Shown one piece after another: positions 27,901 to 41,663 of a stretch of 64,000 bases of DNA (position 1 is its first letter; each line of letters starts with the position of its first letter). The notes under the pieces were generated by a model. That model worked only from the letters and a program-made list of their open reading frames with translations. It was not told where the DNA came from and did no database searches. The translations under genes and the position numbers were made by a program. Location: NCBI RefSeq assembly GCF_009914755.1, contig NC_060931.1; one strand, written 5' to 3'. Source of the stretch: the human T2T-CHM13v2.0 reference genome, Homo sapiens.

Positions 27901-28372
27901 AATAATGGGAAAAATATACCTTAAAAAAATTTTAATTTTCCCCAAAATATAAACAAAGAAAAAACATAAATTGGATCATAATGCATATGCTCACATGTGC
28001 CTTCCAAATCACACTTGTTATGTAGACATCATAAAGAATAAAAGTTACCCATTAATTATATGGCATGCATCAGCAGTGCATTGGTGGGCTTAAACTTGGT
28101 TTTCAGTTATGTGTATATACAGATAAATCTCTTCCTGAGTTGAGCTTCATCTTCAGTTGAGACCCAAATCATTTGCTTTCCTTTATTTGGCAAGGTACTT
28201 GACCATGTGATAAGGCAATCAAATGTTTCAATCTCCTTCCCTTTTCAGCGGCATGGCCCTCCTCTGTGAGATCACCAATGTGACAGGTATGAGGACAGAC
28301 CCTAAAATATGGTCCTGTAAAACTAGAGCAGGTTTCTTTGTTCATTAGTCTCAAGGCTACAGCACTGTCTCT
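24808..28372 (-). other. ELAPOR2: ELAPOR2 3' UTR (distal end inferred)
   Basis: AT-rich ~3.4 kb after the stop with no repeat I can recognise until the MER58. Minus-strand AATAAA at 27840-27845, 27032-27037, 26070-26075 and 24830-24835; Pumilio-type TGTATATA at 28114-28121. Confidence 0.6.
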
Positions 28373-28432
28373 TCATATATTTGGGGATCTTGAGGTTTTC
28401 AGTTGAACAGATTCAAAATGGTCTTCTTTTTC
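28373..28432 (-). CDS. ELAPOR2: ELAPOR2 terminal coding exon
   Basis: ttttttcttag|GAA AAA GAA...; EKEDHFESVQLKTSRSPNI-TGA, phase 0. Confidence 0.9.
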   Translation of the reverse strand, partial: EKEDHFESVQLKTSRSPNI

Positions 28433-29042
28433 CTAAGAAAAAATATTAAAGACAAAATCAACTCACTGAAATTCTCGTAAGATTTTAGGATCTTACATGT
28501 CCAGAAGGAAAGTTCCAGAAATCATTTTAACCTATCTAGTTGCCACTTGTGATTAGGATTTTACAGTTAAAATTGGGTGGCAGATATAAAACAAGTAGCA
28601 TGCCTACCCTGAAGGGCACTTTTGATGTCCAAGAGATAAGACAGACAAATTCAAAATAGAAGCAAACCCATGATTGCAATAGATACCAAAAGACATAGCT
28701 GTGATCCCTGCAAAGAAACCACTGAGACCCTTCCTGGGGACATACCTGACCTGAGTGCTGAAATCAATGACCTAGCCATGCTAATTGTGGGCAAAACAGA
28801 ACTGACTAAATATTTTCAGGATAATATAGGCAGAATAATAAGAAAAAGGACAGCAGAAATAAATAAGGAGAATGCCAACAAGACATTAGATCAGTTGAGT
28901 TCACTAATATGTTTTAGGAAAATCTTTTAGGTATATGCCTATTAAAGATATTAAACAAGTCATCTTTGATAATAGGTCAAAATTTTCACTCAAATGTATC
29001 ATTGCTGGCATTATATAAAACATTCAAAATGTAGACTATTAA

Positions 29043-29610
<568 letters not shown>

Positions 29611-30923
29611 TTCTTCCAACATTTTAATTGTTAGAGAAAGCTTTCTGAAGGCTGCTGGAATGGGATAGGGAGACTATGCTAATAAAGAGAATAAAAATGA
29701 AGAGAACTATGACTATTTTTTAAAATAAATGAAATAGGAGGCCAATCAGTCTCACATGCAAATAGATGTATGTCTAAAGTAGAATAGTGACATGAGAAGA
29801 TAATAGGAAGTCGACATTGAGTAGCTGTCAGGAAGGGTAAGTTTGCTTTTGTGTTTGCTTTCATTGGGGTGGATAAATCCAAGAGCTTTAGGGCTACAGG
29901 GACAGGATTATAGAAAAACATCATAGCATACACACAAACATATCAGTTTTTCCCTGCCTCTGCTGAGCTGACAAGCCTCTGGAAGAGCAGACTGTAGATC
30001 TTCTCAGTGCTCCTGCTGACTGGCTCTGTGAGAACTGGCCTGAGGTCTCATGTTTAACAGCCTTAACAATTTTTTAGAATAACCATTAGCAGTTGAAATA
30101 TTTGTTAAGCACCGTCTCTGTTGCAGGACCATGACTAGACTTTAGGGATACAAAAATGAGTACAGCAAGATGTCTTCCCTCAAGGAGTTCATAGGATATT
30201 AAAGGAAAGAGCTCTAGGGTATCAGCCATAAACTCAAAAGAAAACATGAGATTTCTGCAGCCTTTGCTTGAGAAAATTTGATTCAACATGGTGTTGTGGT
30301 GAGGGAAGGCAGAGACCTGTTGGTTATCTTCAAGGTAATATTTAAAGTAAAACACTGAAAATCCTTTATAAAATCATGTTGAGATAATAGGGCTTTAATA
30401 GCCCTGTCCTCTGCATTTGCATGGGATTGTGCTCCTATTGCTGAAATGGTGGGATATACACACATACACATGTGTATATAATTAGGTAGGTAGTGCCACT
30501 AACTGACTGGGACTTCCTAATGGCAGGAACTCTATATCTCATTCATTGTTTAATTCCTAAGATATGACCCAAGTCCTACCACTTGGTAGGTTGTCAATCA
30601 ATGGTTATAAAAATCTATTGAAATACCACATTGGAGAAGGAAAAACACTGGATTGGAACTTGGGAGACATGACTTCTAATTCCTATCTAACCCCTTTGGA
30701 CAAATAAGTGAACCTCGCGAGGTCTCAATTTACTCATGTATTAGACAAGGGTTCCAAACAGGATGATCTTTTTCAGCTCTAAACCCAAGAATCTTCTCCA
30801 AAGCCAACTTCCCCCAGAAGGTTTTCCTCACCTTGTCACTATCTTCCCTACTGCACTCCCTTCTCCCCAATGCTGCAAGACACCCTACTCTTGTTCTTGA
30901 CATACTGGATGATCGTTTGAAAG

Positions 30924-30925
<2 letters not shown>

Positions 30926-30964
<39 letters not shown>
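30926..30964. repeat. (TG)n microsatellite
   Basis: Read directly, about 19 units. Confidence 0.95.
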
Positions 30965-30969
<5 letters not shown>

Positions 30970-31319
30970 CATGTGTCCTCCCCTAATATTCTAGTTGGTG
31001 TCTGAGTTGAGAAATTGTGTCTAATTTGACGTAACACCCAAATTTGGCAAAGTGTCTTACAATGTCCCATAAATGGTAGTGAAATAAATAAAAGAAACAC
31101 ATAAAAATTGATTTAGTTTTAATTGCTGAGAAAAGTCAAGAATAATAAATCTATACATAAACCCGAGAATTGCAGTGCAGTGCTAGGGAAATATCAAATA
31201 AGGTATGGCCTTTAGAACATAAATGAGCATATCTAAGATAAAGCAAACCCTATATGACATAATAGTTAATGAACATAAACATTTTTTGCTCTCTGAAATC
31301 ATGTATAACAAACTTCTTA

Positions 31320-32030
31320 AAAATAGACACACAATAAGATATGTGCAACGATATTTATAGTAGCTTTATTCATTGTCAAACACTGGAAATAGCACAGGTA
31401 TCAATCAACAGACTGGATAAACAAATGTTGGTATATCTACACAATAGAATACTACTCTGGAATACAAAGGAATCTACTTCTGTTAACACGAGGCGAATGA
31501 ATCTCAAAAATATCTTTCTGAGTAAAGTAAAATGTACACAAAATACTACAGATACTGTGTGATTACATTTATATGAAGTTCTATAACAGATAACACTAAC
31601 CTATGGTTTAAAAAGATCATTACAGTAGTTTCCTTTGGGAGATGTGGGATTGACTGCATGTAAAAATACATGTTACTCTCAGGGGTGAACTAGTGTTCTA
31701 TATCTTGATAGGAATTGGGGGTTATAGATGTATATTCATTTCTCAAAATTCATTAAATTGTATATTTGTAATGTGTGCCTTTCACTTAAAACAAACTTAA
31801 GTATTGAATTATCATCAATGATAAGTTCCCTGAAGTGTTTTGGGGTGAAGTGTATTGAAGTCTGCAATTTACTTTGAAACCGAACAACAGAAAAGAATAT
31901 GGGTTGATGAAAGGATGGAGGGACGGATATGTAATAATACAAATATAATAAAATTTGTATGGTGGGCATATGACTATACCACTGTATGATTCTTTCAACT
32001 TTTCTGTACTATTTCAAAATTTCATTTTTA
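31320..32030 (+). mobile_element. Old L1M (L1MC/ME type) 3' fragments
   Basis: tttatagtagctttattcat...tggtatatctacacaatagaatact...tacatttatatgaagttcta. Confidence 0.75.
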
Positions 32031-32288
32031 AAGTAAAAAAATCATTACGCTAACTAAAATTGCTATTCAAAACAAAATTCACTACCCTGAATCTTCTCAG
32101 GGAAGAAAACTTTTTTATACTCTAATTGGAGAGGTGACTGCTTGTTGAGTACTGACTGGGAAATGGGTTAAAGAATTCACAGTTCACCTGCCTCAACAGT
32201 GCCCTGGATGCTTTAATTATCCTCTAGCCCGAAAGACTTCCTCATTCACCAGGCAATCAGCCTTAGGTATGCCCCATGGTAAGAACTA

Positions 32289-32514
32289 CAGTTGACCTTT
32301 GAACACCACAAGTTTGAACTGCACAGGCCTACTTATAGGCAGATTTTACAAAACTGAACCCGGATTGAAAATACAGCATTGGTGGGAGGTGAAAGCCACC
32401 TAAATAGAGAGCTGACTTTTCACATAGGCTGGCTCTGCAGAGCTGACTGCAGGATTTAAGTATGCTTGAATTTTGGTATACTCAGGGGCCCTGGAACCAA
32501 TCCTGTATGACCGT
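32289..32514 (-). mobile_element. TcMar-Tigger MITE, MER8-like
   Basis: ta|CAGTTGACCTTTGAACA...aagtttgaactgc...ggggccctggaaccaatcc. Confidence 0.8.
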
Positions 32515-32519
32515 ACAGC

Positions 32520-35500
32520 TAAAATTCATCCTGGTAGGCAAAGGAGGTTTCACCCTCTTTTAGATAAAAATTACAGAGACATGCATCATCTACAAGGAGT
32601 ACTAAAAGGGAAAAATGGAAATCATTTATGGGAAGAAACCTGAGAGATTACGAAAATTTTGACTGACTCACTTTAGAGATAATTTGGCAGGACTCAATGA
32701 CTGTTTGGTAAGCAATTCAGAATGACAAGCAGGTGGGCCATTTTTGGGCTCAACACCTCTTGCAATCTATCATGCAAATTTTAGATATATTCATAGATGA
32801 CAGTAAAAAGGTCCCAGAGATTTTGAAGTGGGTCCTGACTACAATACAGAGAGCTTTCCCTGAGACTGATTCCCATAGGAAAACTTAGTGAAGCATTGAC
32901 TCATATTTGGACTCTTATTGTCGCAGATTGGGTTTACAACGCGGAAGAAGTTCACTAGAGAATGAGAAACTGATCCAAAGGACTCTAGATAAATTAGTAT
33001 GGTCAGGTCTACCTGGAAATTTCCCCTACTTTTATGTTAAAACCAGGAATTACATTAAACATTATTAACAATAGCAAGAAATACTCTGGATTAAGATAGA
33101 TTCTTTAAACATGTCTCCAATATGCAAGTCAAGTACAAATCAACAAAAGGACATAAAACCTGCAGCCTCAGAGAAAAAGCAATATGAAAGTGGCCTCTAA
33201 GTTAAGGGGTCCCCAAAGCTCAAATAAATGATGTCAGTAAACAGAACCTTGCTGTTCAACATAGGCCTTTGGGTAGACCAAAAACATTGAAAGCATTGGA
33301 AGTTGGTTGGATCATTAGCAGCTGATATGCTGGTCAAAAATAAAAGTGAATGCAAACATCTTGTCTACTGTCAAAGATTCTCTCTCTCTTCAGTCTTAAT
33401 GCCTCCCTCCCAAACTACCCCAACTTCAGCTGCTTCAAGAAAAAAGATAATTAGAAAGGGGACTAAAGTTTTCCTGTTACCAAGAGGGACTGGACAATAC
33501 ACACCCATCTGAATCTGCTAGGAAAACCTGGAGAGGGTTTCTTAAACATTTACCACTCTGTTGGTTGCAGGCACTCAAGTCACCATCATACCTACTCTCC
33601 TGTGGGAAAAGAGGAGCATACAAATAAGAGGATTTGAGCAAGGTTTAGAGTAGAAAAGGGAAAATAATGTGATCTTTGGAGGGATTCTATGTGTCCATTC
33701 AAGATAGTGTTGTTGTTGCTTCTACATCTGAATATACAGTAGAACTTGATGTTATATGCTTGTACTTCCCCATCTCATACATGCTAAAGGAGATCCCTTA
33801 ACCAAGAACAGCTACATGTAGAGAAGGGCCAGTAGGCAGTAGGATACCCCAGGAGTTTCCAACTGCCATTTGCAACAAATGGTGAGTCAGGGTTTCACAC
33901 AAGTTCCTTTACCTTCTGATGCCCAAAACAGTCACTATATAAATTAGGTCCTTTTGGTGTCAAGTCAGAAGTCTCCATATCAACAGCCCTGATTGAGTTA
34001 TGACACTTCTACTTACAGAGGTGGTTGATAAACCCCCAAAACATTCAGGGACCTGCTACCTAAGTAAAGTTCATTGGAACTATGTAAGCAGATTTACAGT
34101 GCTAAATCTACCCAGCAGTTAAGGAAAAACAGCCCAGCACTTTACTTGACTCTGCTATTGGGACAGTGTTGGACCGCATTTGAGTATTCTACTTGTTCTT
34201 TTATATCAGCTAGCCTACAAAATAGTATCCTTTGAATTGGACCCAAACTAACAGGCTATGTTAAAAGCTGTCCAGAAAGCTGGGGCACACTCTTTACCTT
34301 TATGGCCTCACAATCATAATGACAACTTTGTGATACAATTCTCTATAACTAATGATTTTGCCAATTGGAGACTCTGGCAAGAGGAGACAGAGGTACCCTT
34401 TGAGGTTTTAGACTCATTACCTCTTGATATGGCTACCAGCTATAGCCATTAGTTGGTCACTGAACTAGTCAAAACTAAATTTCATTCCCATGCCCCAGAT
34501 CTTGTGACTCTACAGCTTGATAGTCCCATTTATGGTCGCTCAACAAGGTAGAAAAGGCTGAATAAGCCTCACTTGTCAAATACGAATGGCATATATTCAA
34601 GAATGCAGTTGGTCTTGCCCCAGTGGCATGTAGGCCTCACATAAAAATGTGGCAGCATACCCTTTGGGGGAAACTTTATCCCCTACTCCACGGCTCAAAA
34701 CAAAACCACTGACTCAATAGGACCCTCGATTTATCGAGGTTCTACTACATGTTGGGCCTGGTTCACTGATGATTTGGTTGAGCTGAAGCCCAGTGGTATC
34801 CACTGGCTGCTACAGATATTCAATCATCTATGAATAACTGAAAACCAACAAGATTGCTCAGCTCAGTGGACAGAACTCAAAGGCATTATCAAGACCTACA
34901 CATTACCTCCCTTGATAAACTTCATTATATTTTTCTGACTTACTGACTCAAGCTATTGCCAATGGCTGGCTGTTTTGTCTGCCACTTGGAAAATTAAAGA
35001 CTGGCATTTCAAGGTTACCCTTTTTGGATACCACTAAAATAGATCTTAGTTTTGGATTAAAATATGTGTCACTCATGTAGATGCCCAGGTAAGGATCCTT
35101 CTTATGAAAGATGAAATTGAATCAAGCTCCTGATAGAGACTAGACAAGACAGACTGTCACAAATGGTGCATGGGTCCATCATCTCCCCCAACATGGCAAA
35201 GCATCTGCCATCATAGACTGGGCACAAGGGCACATATTTTTCTTATGCAGAGGTTACTGCAGATGCCAGACTTGGGACTCATGCCAAAAGTTGACCAGTT
35301 CTTCCTGGGCAAATTGATTACAAAATACCTTTGACCACCTCTTTGGGCTACTGGTGATGCCTCACCACTATTTACAACTGTTCAGGGTATGGTGTTGCTA
35401 TTCCAGTCTGATCAGCTAACTCTACCCATACATTGTGAACCTTGAAACAAATCAGTATAAAGTTGGTAGCTTTAAAGACCATTTGCTGTCTGACAATAGG

Positions 35501-38050
35501 ACACTTTTTATCACAAAAGCTACCCATAAATTAGTTGAGAGTAGAGGTATTCAGCGGACCTTCTACATTTCCTACTGTCCAAAAGCATATGGTACTATTG
35601 AGCATTGTAAGACCTTCTCAGAAAGTGACTCAAAAAGATTTCTGACTCTATCTCCCTCACCTCCTCCTGATCCACACATCTTAATACAGCAGTTTGGTCA
35701 TCAAATATGGCTGCCCATGGAAAGGGATCATCTCCTTTTGGCCACTTCACAGATAATGATCAGGAAGAACACACATACACATACATACACACAGACAGAC
35801 ACACATATACACCACTACATAAGGTTATTTACACTTATCTGAACATCCTGGATTCTGCCTCACCAATCTAGGGCATGATGTGTTATTTACTCCAACAGTA
35901 ACCTCAGGCTTCCTGGGTACAACTTCTAGTGATAGCCCACCCAGAAGGGGATCTAGGAAATTCAAATATAATTCTGGTTTAACCACCTGTATTGTTGCTT
36001 TGTTGGCTGTCATGATTATAGATAAGAGAGATAATGACCACCTGATGAGTGCACTGCCCCCCAAGTCCCCCTATCATGGCCCACATGGACAAAGCGGGGG
36101 TACACACTGAGTCTCTATATGTTTCTATAAAATGCCTTTATCCCTCTTGCACATGAATGTTCTGGATAGATATGGGTAGAAATAAGGTGAAATTATAGTT
36201 ACTGAAATGAGACAAGCTGGTTTTTTAGCACTGGAAAGAGACAACAACACAGTCTGATAATGGAGGAGACAGCTTAGACCCTGAGAAGTATGGGGAAATA
36301 AGGGACATTAAGAATCATATGATTTTTTAGGGTCACCCTGTCACCTTCCTATGAAGAAAAATGCTCTGATGTGGCTCTCTCAAATCATGGCAAAGGCCTT
36401 TAATTTAACTAACTGCTGGGTCTGCCATACCCACCACATGCTCTCATCACAATTCATTTGCCATTCCCCTTAAACTAACTGAGAAATTTATCCAAAAGAG
36501 CAGGAAATGGCCTCAGCCCCTGCCCCAGAGTAACACCAACATCTCATTTCCATAGCCATTATTTAGTCATTTCATGAGGTGAACAAAAGTCACTAGTTTG
36601 CAGTGTGGACAAACAGGGAGAGTTGAGCTGACTTCCCTCAAGCAGTCTCCCTGAAGACAAAAAGGAGACATCATTATATGAGGTGAATTGGAAACCCTAA
36701 GGCTTACTAGCCAGCAAAGAAGCCACTTACAGGAACAGTCAACCTGTGCTGCCTGCACAATGTAGGTCCCACTTCATGTACCCCACAACTGTGAATAACA
36801 CTTTCTTTGCAGAGGCACCATGTGTACCTCCAGGACTGCACTTCTTGTGTAGAAGTCAGACACTAACTTGCTTCCTCACTAAAAACATGATAACTTACAC
36901 CTTAGGAGTAGTCATAAGAGATCTTCAACTGTTTAGGAAAATACCCCTACTGTTATGGATGTTAGAAAAGGTGGTATAAAATTTGCCTTTGACCTTAGCT
37001 TGAAGTAATCAATTACACCACCTCAGCCATCAAAGGCATTCAGGTCAACATCAACTCACTGTCCATACATTGTTATTCACAATATAATTACCCTATACTT
37101 TCTCTTTGAGAACCAAGACAAAGTCTGTGCAATCACTAATATATCCTGTAGTACCTGGATTAATGTATCTGGATTGTCTTGTTGGATTGCCATGACCCTA
37201 GATCAAAAGGATAGTAACCACTTGATTGAGTTTACTGCTCACCAAGTGTGTGACAAAAATCAGAGATACAGTACCCCCCACCCTATTCCCAGGGGATACA
37301 TTCCAACTCCCCCCCAGCTCCAGTGGATGCCTGAAACCAAGTATAGTATCAAACCCTATAATACTGGTTTTGTTTTTTTTTTCAATCTGATAATCAAAAT
37401 GACTACTAAGTAACTAACAAGCAGGTAGTGTATATGGCAAAGATATGCTAGATAAAGGGATGATTTACTTCCGGGGGGGACAAGGCAGTACAGTAGGAGA
37501 TTTCGTCACACTATTCAGAGGAGCACACAATTTAAAACTTGTTGTTTACTTCTGGAATTTTCCATGTAATGTTTGCAGACCACAGTTGACGGTGGGTAAC
37601 TAAAACCACAAAAAGTAAGACCATGAAAAGTGAAACTGCAAATAAGGGAGGACTTCTGTATATTGGGTTTCTGTTAAGATTTTGAAAATTTCCTTGTCCC
37701 CTTTTTGTCCAAATCTTATGGAGGAAATATCTGAGTGCCAGTGGAAAGGTCAACACAAGAAAGCTATCTAGCTTTCTAAGGTAAACCCTGATGGTTCATA
37801 GCATTTGTTCAGCTAGTTGAGTCTGGGACCCTGAGGGTAGGGTTGAGGTTAACAATACAGATTGGCCTCATCTTGGTGAGATGACTTCTGCTTGGTGTCC
37901 TATTGGTAGTAGCTTTATTTAAATGCTGTATAAAGCAAATTGATCAAATTTGATCCCAGCTTCAGTCAGTCATATTAATCAGAATGGTGCATGGAGTGGG
38001 GAAATAAAGGGAAAATTCATCAGAAACCAACATGGTATAAAAATGAGGTT
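32520..38050 (+). mobile_element. Degraded ERVL-class provirus internal region (pol and env remnants; 5' boundary uncertain)
   Basis: RT-like WLINPQNIQGPAT*VKF (~34022), RNase H AWFTD (~34756) and AQWTEL (34861), integrase SDNRTLF...FYISYCPKAYGTIEH (ORF 35435-35842), env NLTNCWVCH (36402-36428) and ISD/CX6C region (37072-37173). Confidence 0.85.
37269..37658. mobile_element. TcMar-Tigger MITE, MER44-like, inserted in env
   Basis: ta|CAGTACCCCCCACCCTATT...AATAAGGGAGGACTTCTG|ta, TIRs with TA TSD. Confidence 0.85.
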
Positions 38051-38054
38051 TGGA

Positions 38055-38610
38055 TGTTGTTGGAGACAATTCTCCATGGTTCTCTTTCATTTCTGTACAT
38101 CTTAAAAGTGAGAAACTGATTACCCTTTGTTCTAGACTATCTTTTCAAGAATCTTTGTATAGAAAATTTCCTTGGAATATAAAGATATATTGTCTCCTTC
38201 CTGAGCAAAGGGTAGGCTTGCTTACAGTCTTGGAAATAGTGTCTCCCAGAAGCAATGGACAGGTATGCTACCTGTCCAAAACAATAAAGATAATAGCCCC
38301 CTTTGAGGCAAAGGATGGGCATGTTTACTGTTCATTATGAACATTCAGGTTCCTAAGGCCTAGCATCCCTTTCCTGTAATGCAACCAAGTGATATCATTT
38401 CCTCTGCAAATAGCGCTGTGGGAACACAGCCTTGTGGGCTACCTGTGGCTTTGGGAGCTGGTATAAAGGTTATTACTCTGCTAGCACTACTCTATGAATA
38501 CGAAACTGTCCTTCATCTCTGACATGACTCTCATGTCTTCTAAACTGTCCATGAAACTGTAGCAGACTCACTTGTTAGCTTGCAAGTAGGGTAAAGATCT
38601 CCGATCTTAA
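38055..38610 (+). mobile_element. 3' LTR of the provirus (MER76-like)
   Basis: Begins TGTTG..GGAGACAATTCTCCATGG just after the env remnant; ends near gcttgcaagtagggtaaa. Family name from recall. Confidence 0.75.
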
Positions 38611-39625
38611 TAATCACTATTTTTTTGTTATTTTATGGCAATAGTACCCTCCTTACATCTTCATATTAATAAAAGGAAAAATTAACCATTAGTAGAAGGG
38701 AAAGACGGTTTATTCATTTTTACTCTTAAATAATTCCCTATATTTATGTGCCTAAATTAGGAGAGTACAAGGAAATGGTTACTATTACTCTTTATAAATG
38801 TAAATTTTGTCTCTTGTCTATCCTGTTATAAATCATTTGAAAGTCATCTTCTTTCTTCTATTTCATTCTTTTTTAATCTTAAGTAAGCTGATAATTTCTC
38901 ATCTTTTAAGTCAATGGTGAAAAATATCAAATAAAATGTCTTTTCAAACAATGTATGGTTTCATGTTATGTTTGGATATGGTAGTTGTTCCAAAATCCAA
39001 AGCCAGCAATATTTTACCTCACATACCTCAATAATTTATATAACTTTTGTTTGCTCTATGTAAAACAATCTTGTCATAAAAAAGGAACAGTATGAATGAA
39101 TGTAATATCTTTTATTAGCCCCCACTTTTATATTATAAAATAGTATCTTTGTGAAAATTCCAATATCACAAAAATGTATTGCTTTCAAAGACTAAACACT
39201 CTCATTAGTTCACTATTCCCAAAAGGCAGCCACTGTTAACAGTTTGCTATGCAAATACAAACATAAATGTATATTTAATATAAATACAATAGTCCATTTG
39301 TTTTCACTCTATCTTGGACCTATTGATTTATCAGTACACATAGCTATCTCAATCTTTAACAGCTGCAGAGTTGCATAGTATTCTATCACTTTGACAGATG
39401 AAAATATCTAACTCCTTACTGATGATGTTTGACAACCAACGAAAACAATGCTGCAGTGAATATTATTGTATCTATATCATGTGCTTCTAAGAGTATTTCT
39501 GTTGGATAAATACCCACTGAGATATAAACATGCAAAATAACAGCTTGCGTGAATGCTATTATTAGGTTAATATGCCCTCTACTTTATAAACACCCAGTAA
39601 CACCAGGTTAAAATTCTACTCTCAC

Positions 39626-39791
39626 CTTGGTTGCCAAAGATTTGAGTTTTCCTAGTAGTGACTGTTTATTGGAATATACAACTTCCTCTTCATTATCTTC
39701 TCCTTCCATGATAGCACAACTGTCTGCAGCCGGGAGTTCACACTCTTTTGAGTTAGTCGTCATTACTAACTTGGAATATTTGTATTCCAGT
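39626..39791 (-). CDS. ELAPOR2: ELAPOR2 exon, 166 nt, cytoplasmic tail
   Basis: atttag|...|gtgaga; (K)LEYKYSKLVMTTNSKECELPAADSCAIMEGEDNEEEVVYSNKQSLLGKLKSLATK, phase 2/0. Confidence 0.95.
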
Positions 39792-40823
39792 CTAAATAGT
39801 GATAAAATAAATAAACAAATAAGTATCCATTTATGTTAATATAAATAAATACTTATTTTAGGTGGTAATATACCAGCTCATTAAATTGACTTGGAGTATA
39901 ATTGCTCCACCAACAAATTTCCCTAGCCTATAGCCATAGCAATATGTGTGTTATCATGTATCTACCATTTACAAAGAAATATTTCCCAGGATGTCAGAAA
40001 TCAGTTCAATAGAGTTAATTCTACCACTTTACATTGAATTGTCCAATAATGAAAAAATTGGGGGGCAGGGACTTTTAGGCCTGAATGCATTTTCTTAACA
40101 TGAATATTTGGAAGCCAATTCACTAAGGTTTTCCCAGTATTTAGTTCGTAAAGATGAGAATATCAAACAGGCAAGTAATTTGGTCTTTATCATCTCTCTA
40201 TATTATTTATTCCTTTATACTATCACCCCAGATATTGCAATTGTCCCTAGATATTACAATATAGGAGTTCCACAGTCCCACTGAGGTGTAAATCATTCTA
40301 AAAGATTCAAGTCCTATAAGAGATCAAAATACATTCAGGAATTAGGCTCAATATTCAATTCCAGATACTTGAAGACCTGGAGTAAATAAATGTGATATTT
40401 GCCTATACACTAGGTCTGGTTTTTTTTGCAAATGTCTTCCCACAAGAAATTTTAAAAGAAAAGGTGAAGGAAGAAGACAGCATTATATCATTTTTAAAAA
40501 AGGCAGACACTGAGAGAATACCTGCCTTCCAAATCTCAGCTCTGCTATCATCTACCTGAATAACATGGAGCCTCTTGTTTTCCTTGTTTTCTAATAAATG
40601 ACTCTAACTCAATGATCTCTAATGTTCTATGATCTTTCTACTGTCAGAATAACAATCGTTTCCTCTGCTTGCTTTCTCAAGGCCTTTCCTATGATTTCTT
40701 CGCAAGGAGAAAATTCTTGTGTCTCTGAGAGAATCTATTTATTGGATATAATGATCAAGTCTAGAATTTTCACAACAAAATAGGCCCTCTAGCTCTCTTG
40801 TGATCATCTCAGAGGGTACTTAC

Positions 40824-41002
40824 TTTTGATTCTTTTTCCAGAAGTAGCAGGTCAGAGCCACCAGCAAAACGGCAGTAAAAGCTCCCACACCGGCTCCCAC
40901 CTTCAGCCAAAAGTCAACCGTTTCACAGGTTGCCAACTTTTTCTCAGGCAAAGAAATTCCTTTAATGCACCATTTAGGTTCATTCCACACATACAAGGTT
41001 TC
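40824..41002 (-). CDS. ELAPOR2: ELAPOR2 exon, 179 nt, transmembrane helix
   Basis: ttaaag|...|gtaagt; [59 protein letters not shown](K), a hydrophobic run followed by a basic stop-transfer sequence. Confidence 0.96.
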
Positions 41003-41663
41003 CTTTAAAAAAAAAAACATAAAACCATAGAAGACATGAGAAATGAAATTCAGACTCAACTGTGAAAGCTAGATTTGTCACTGGTCAATTTCTTACATAA
41101 AAGAAGAAAGGGTTTTGCTAACCCTTTACTTACAGTAGGCATAGAGGATTATTCAGCATTCATTTAATAAAAGCTCCAGAAACACAGGAAAAAAATATAT
41201 GTGAATGAATAAGGAATTAATGAATGAAAAATGTAAAAACCAAATAAAGACATGGATTGATGGATTGCCACCTGAGAAGGATGCAGTACAGTACATGCCA
41301 AGGAGGTTGAATAAAAATGGCTCCATCTGGACATACCTTCTGGGCTATTTTTTTTTTTAATTTTGATGCCTTTAAACATCTTACTCATGTTTTTGAATGA
41401 AAGCTTAGGTTGCTTAATCTAAGAAATGGGTTGCATTCACCCATCATGTAAGCCCATTTTCCCAATAAGCCTGTCCTCCGAATGGAAGAACAGACCCTAG
41501 ACCTGGGACATACAGGTGCACCACGGCTGGGTAACTGGTGTAAGTGGGCACACAGTCTACACCCTTCTTCCCCATGCCAAAATAAGGAGGGCATTATTCT
41601 GGGTCATCACTACCCACACCAGTTACTTTCATCCTCCCGAAATAGATGGCAATTCCTTTAGGG

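Noticed and set aside
28670-28930. 86-aa ATG ORF antisense to the ELAPOR2 last intron
   Set aside because: No recognisable homology, promoter or splice support; this length is expected by chance.
36340-37950. Domesticated syncytin-like env gene
   Set aside because: Fragmented by frameshifts, stops and a MER44-like insertion; no long ORF.
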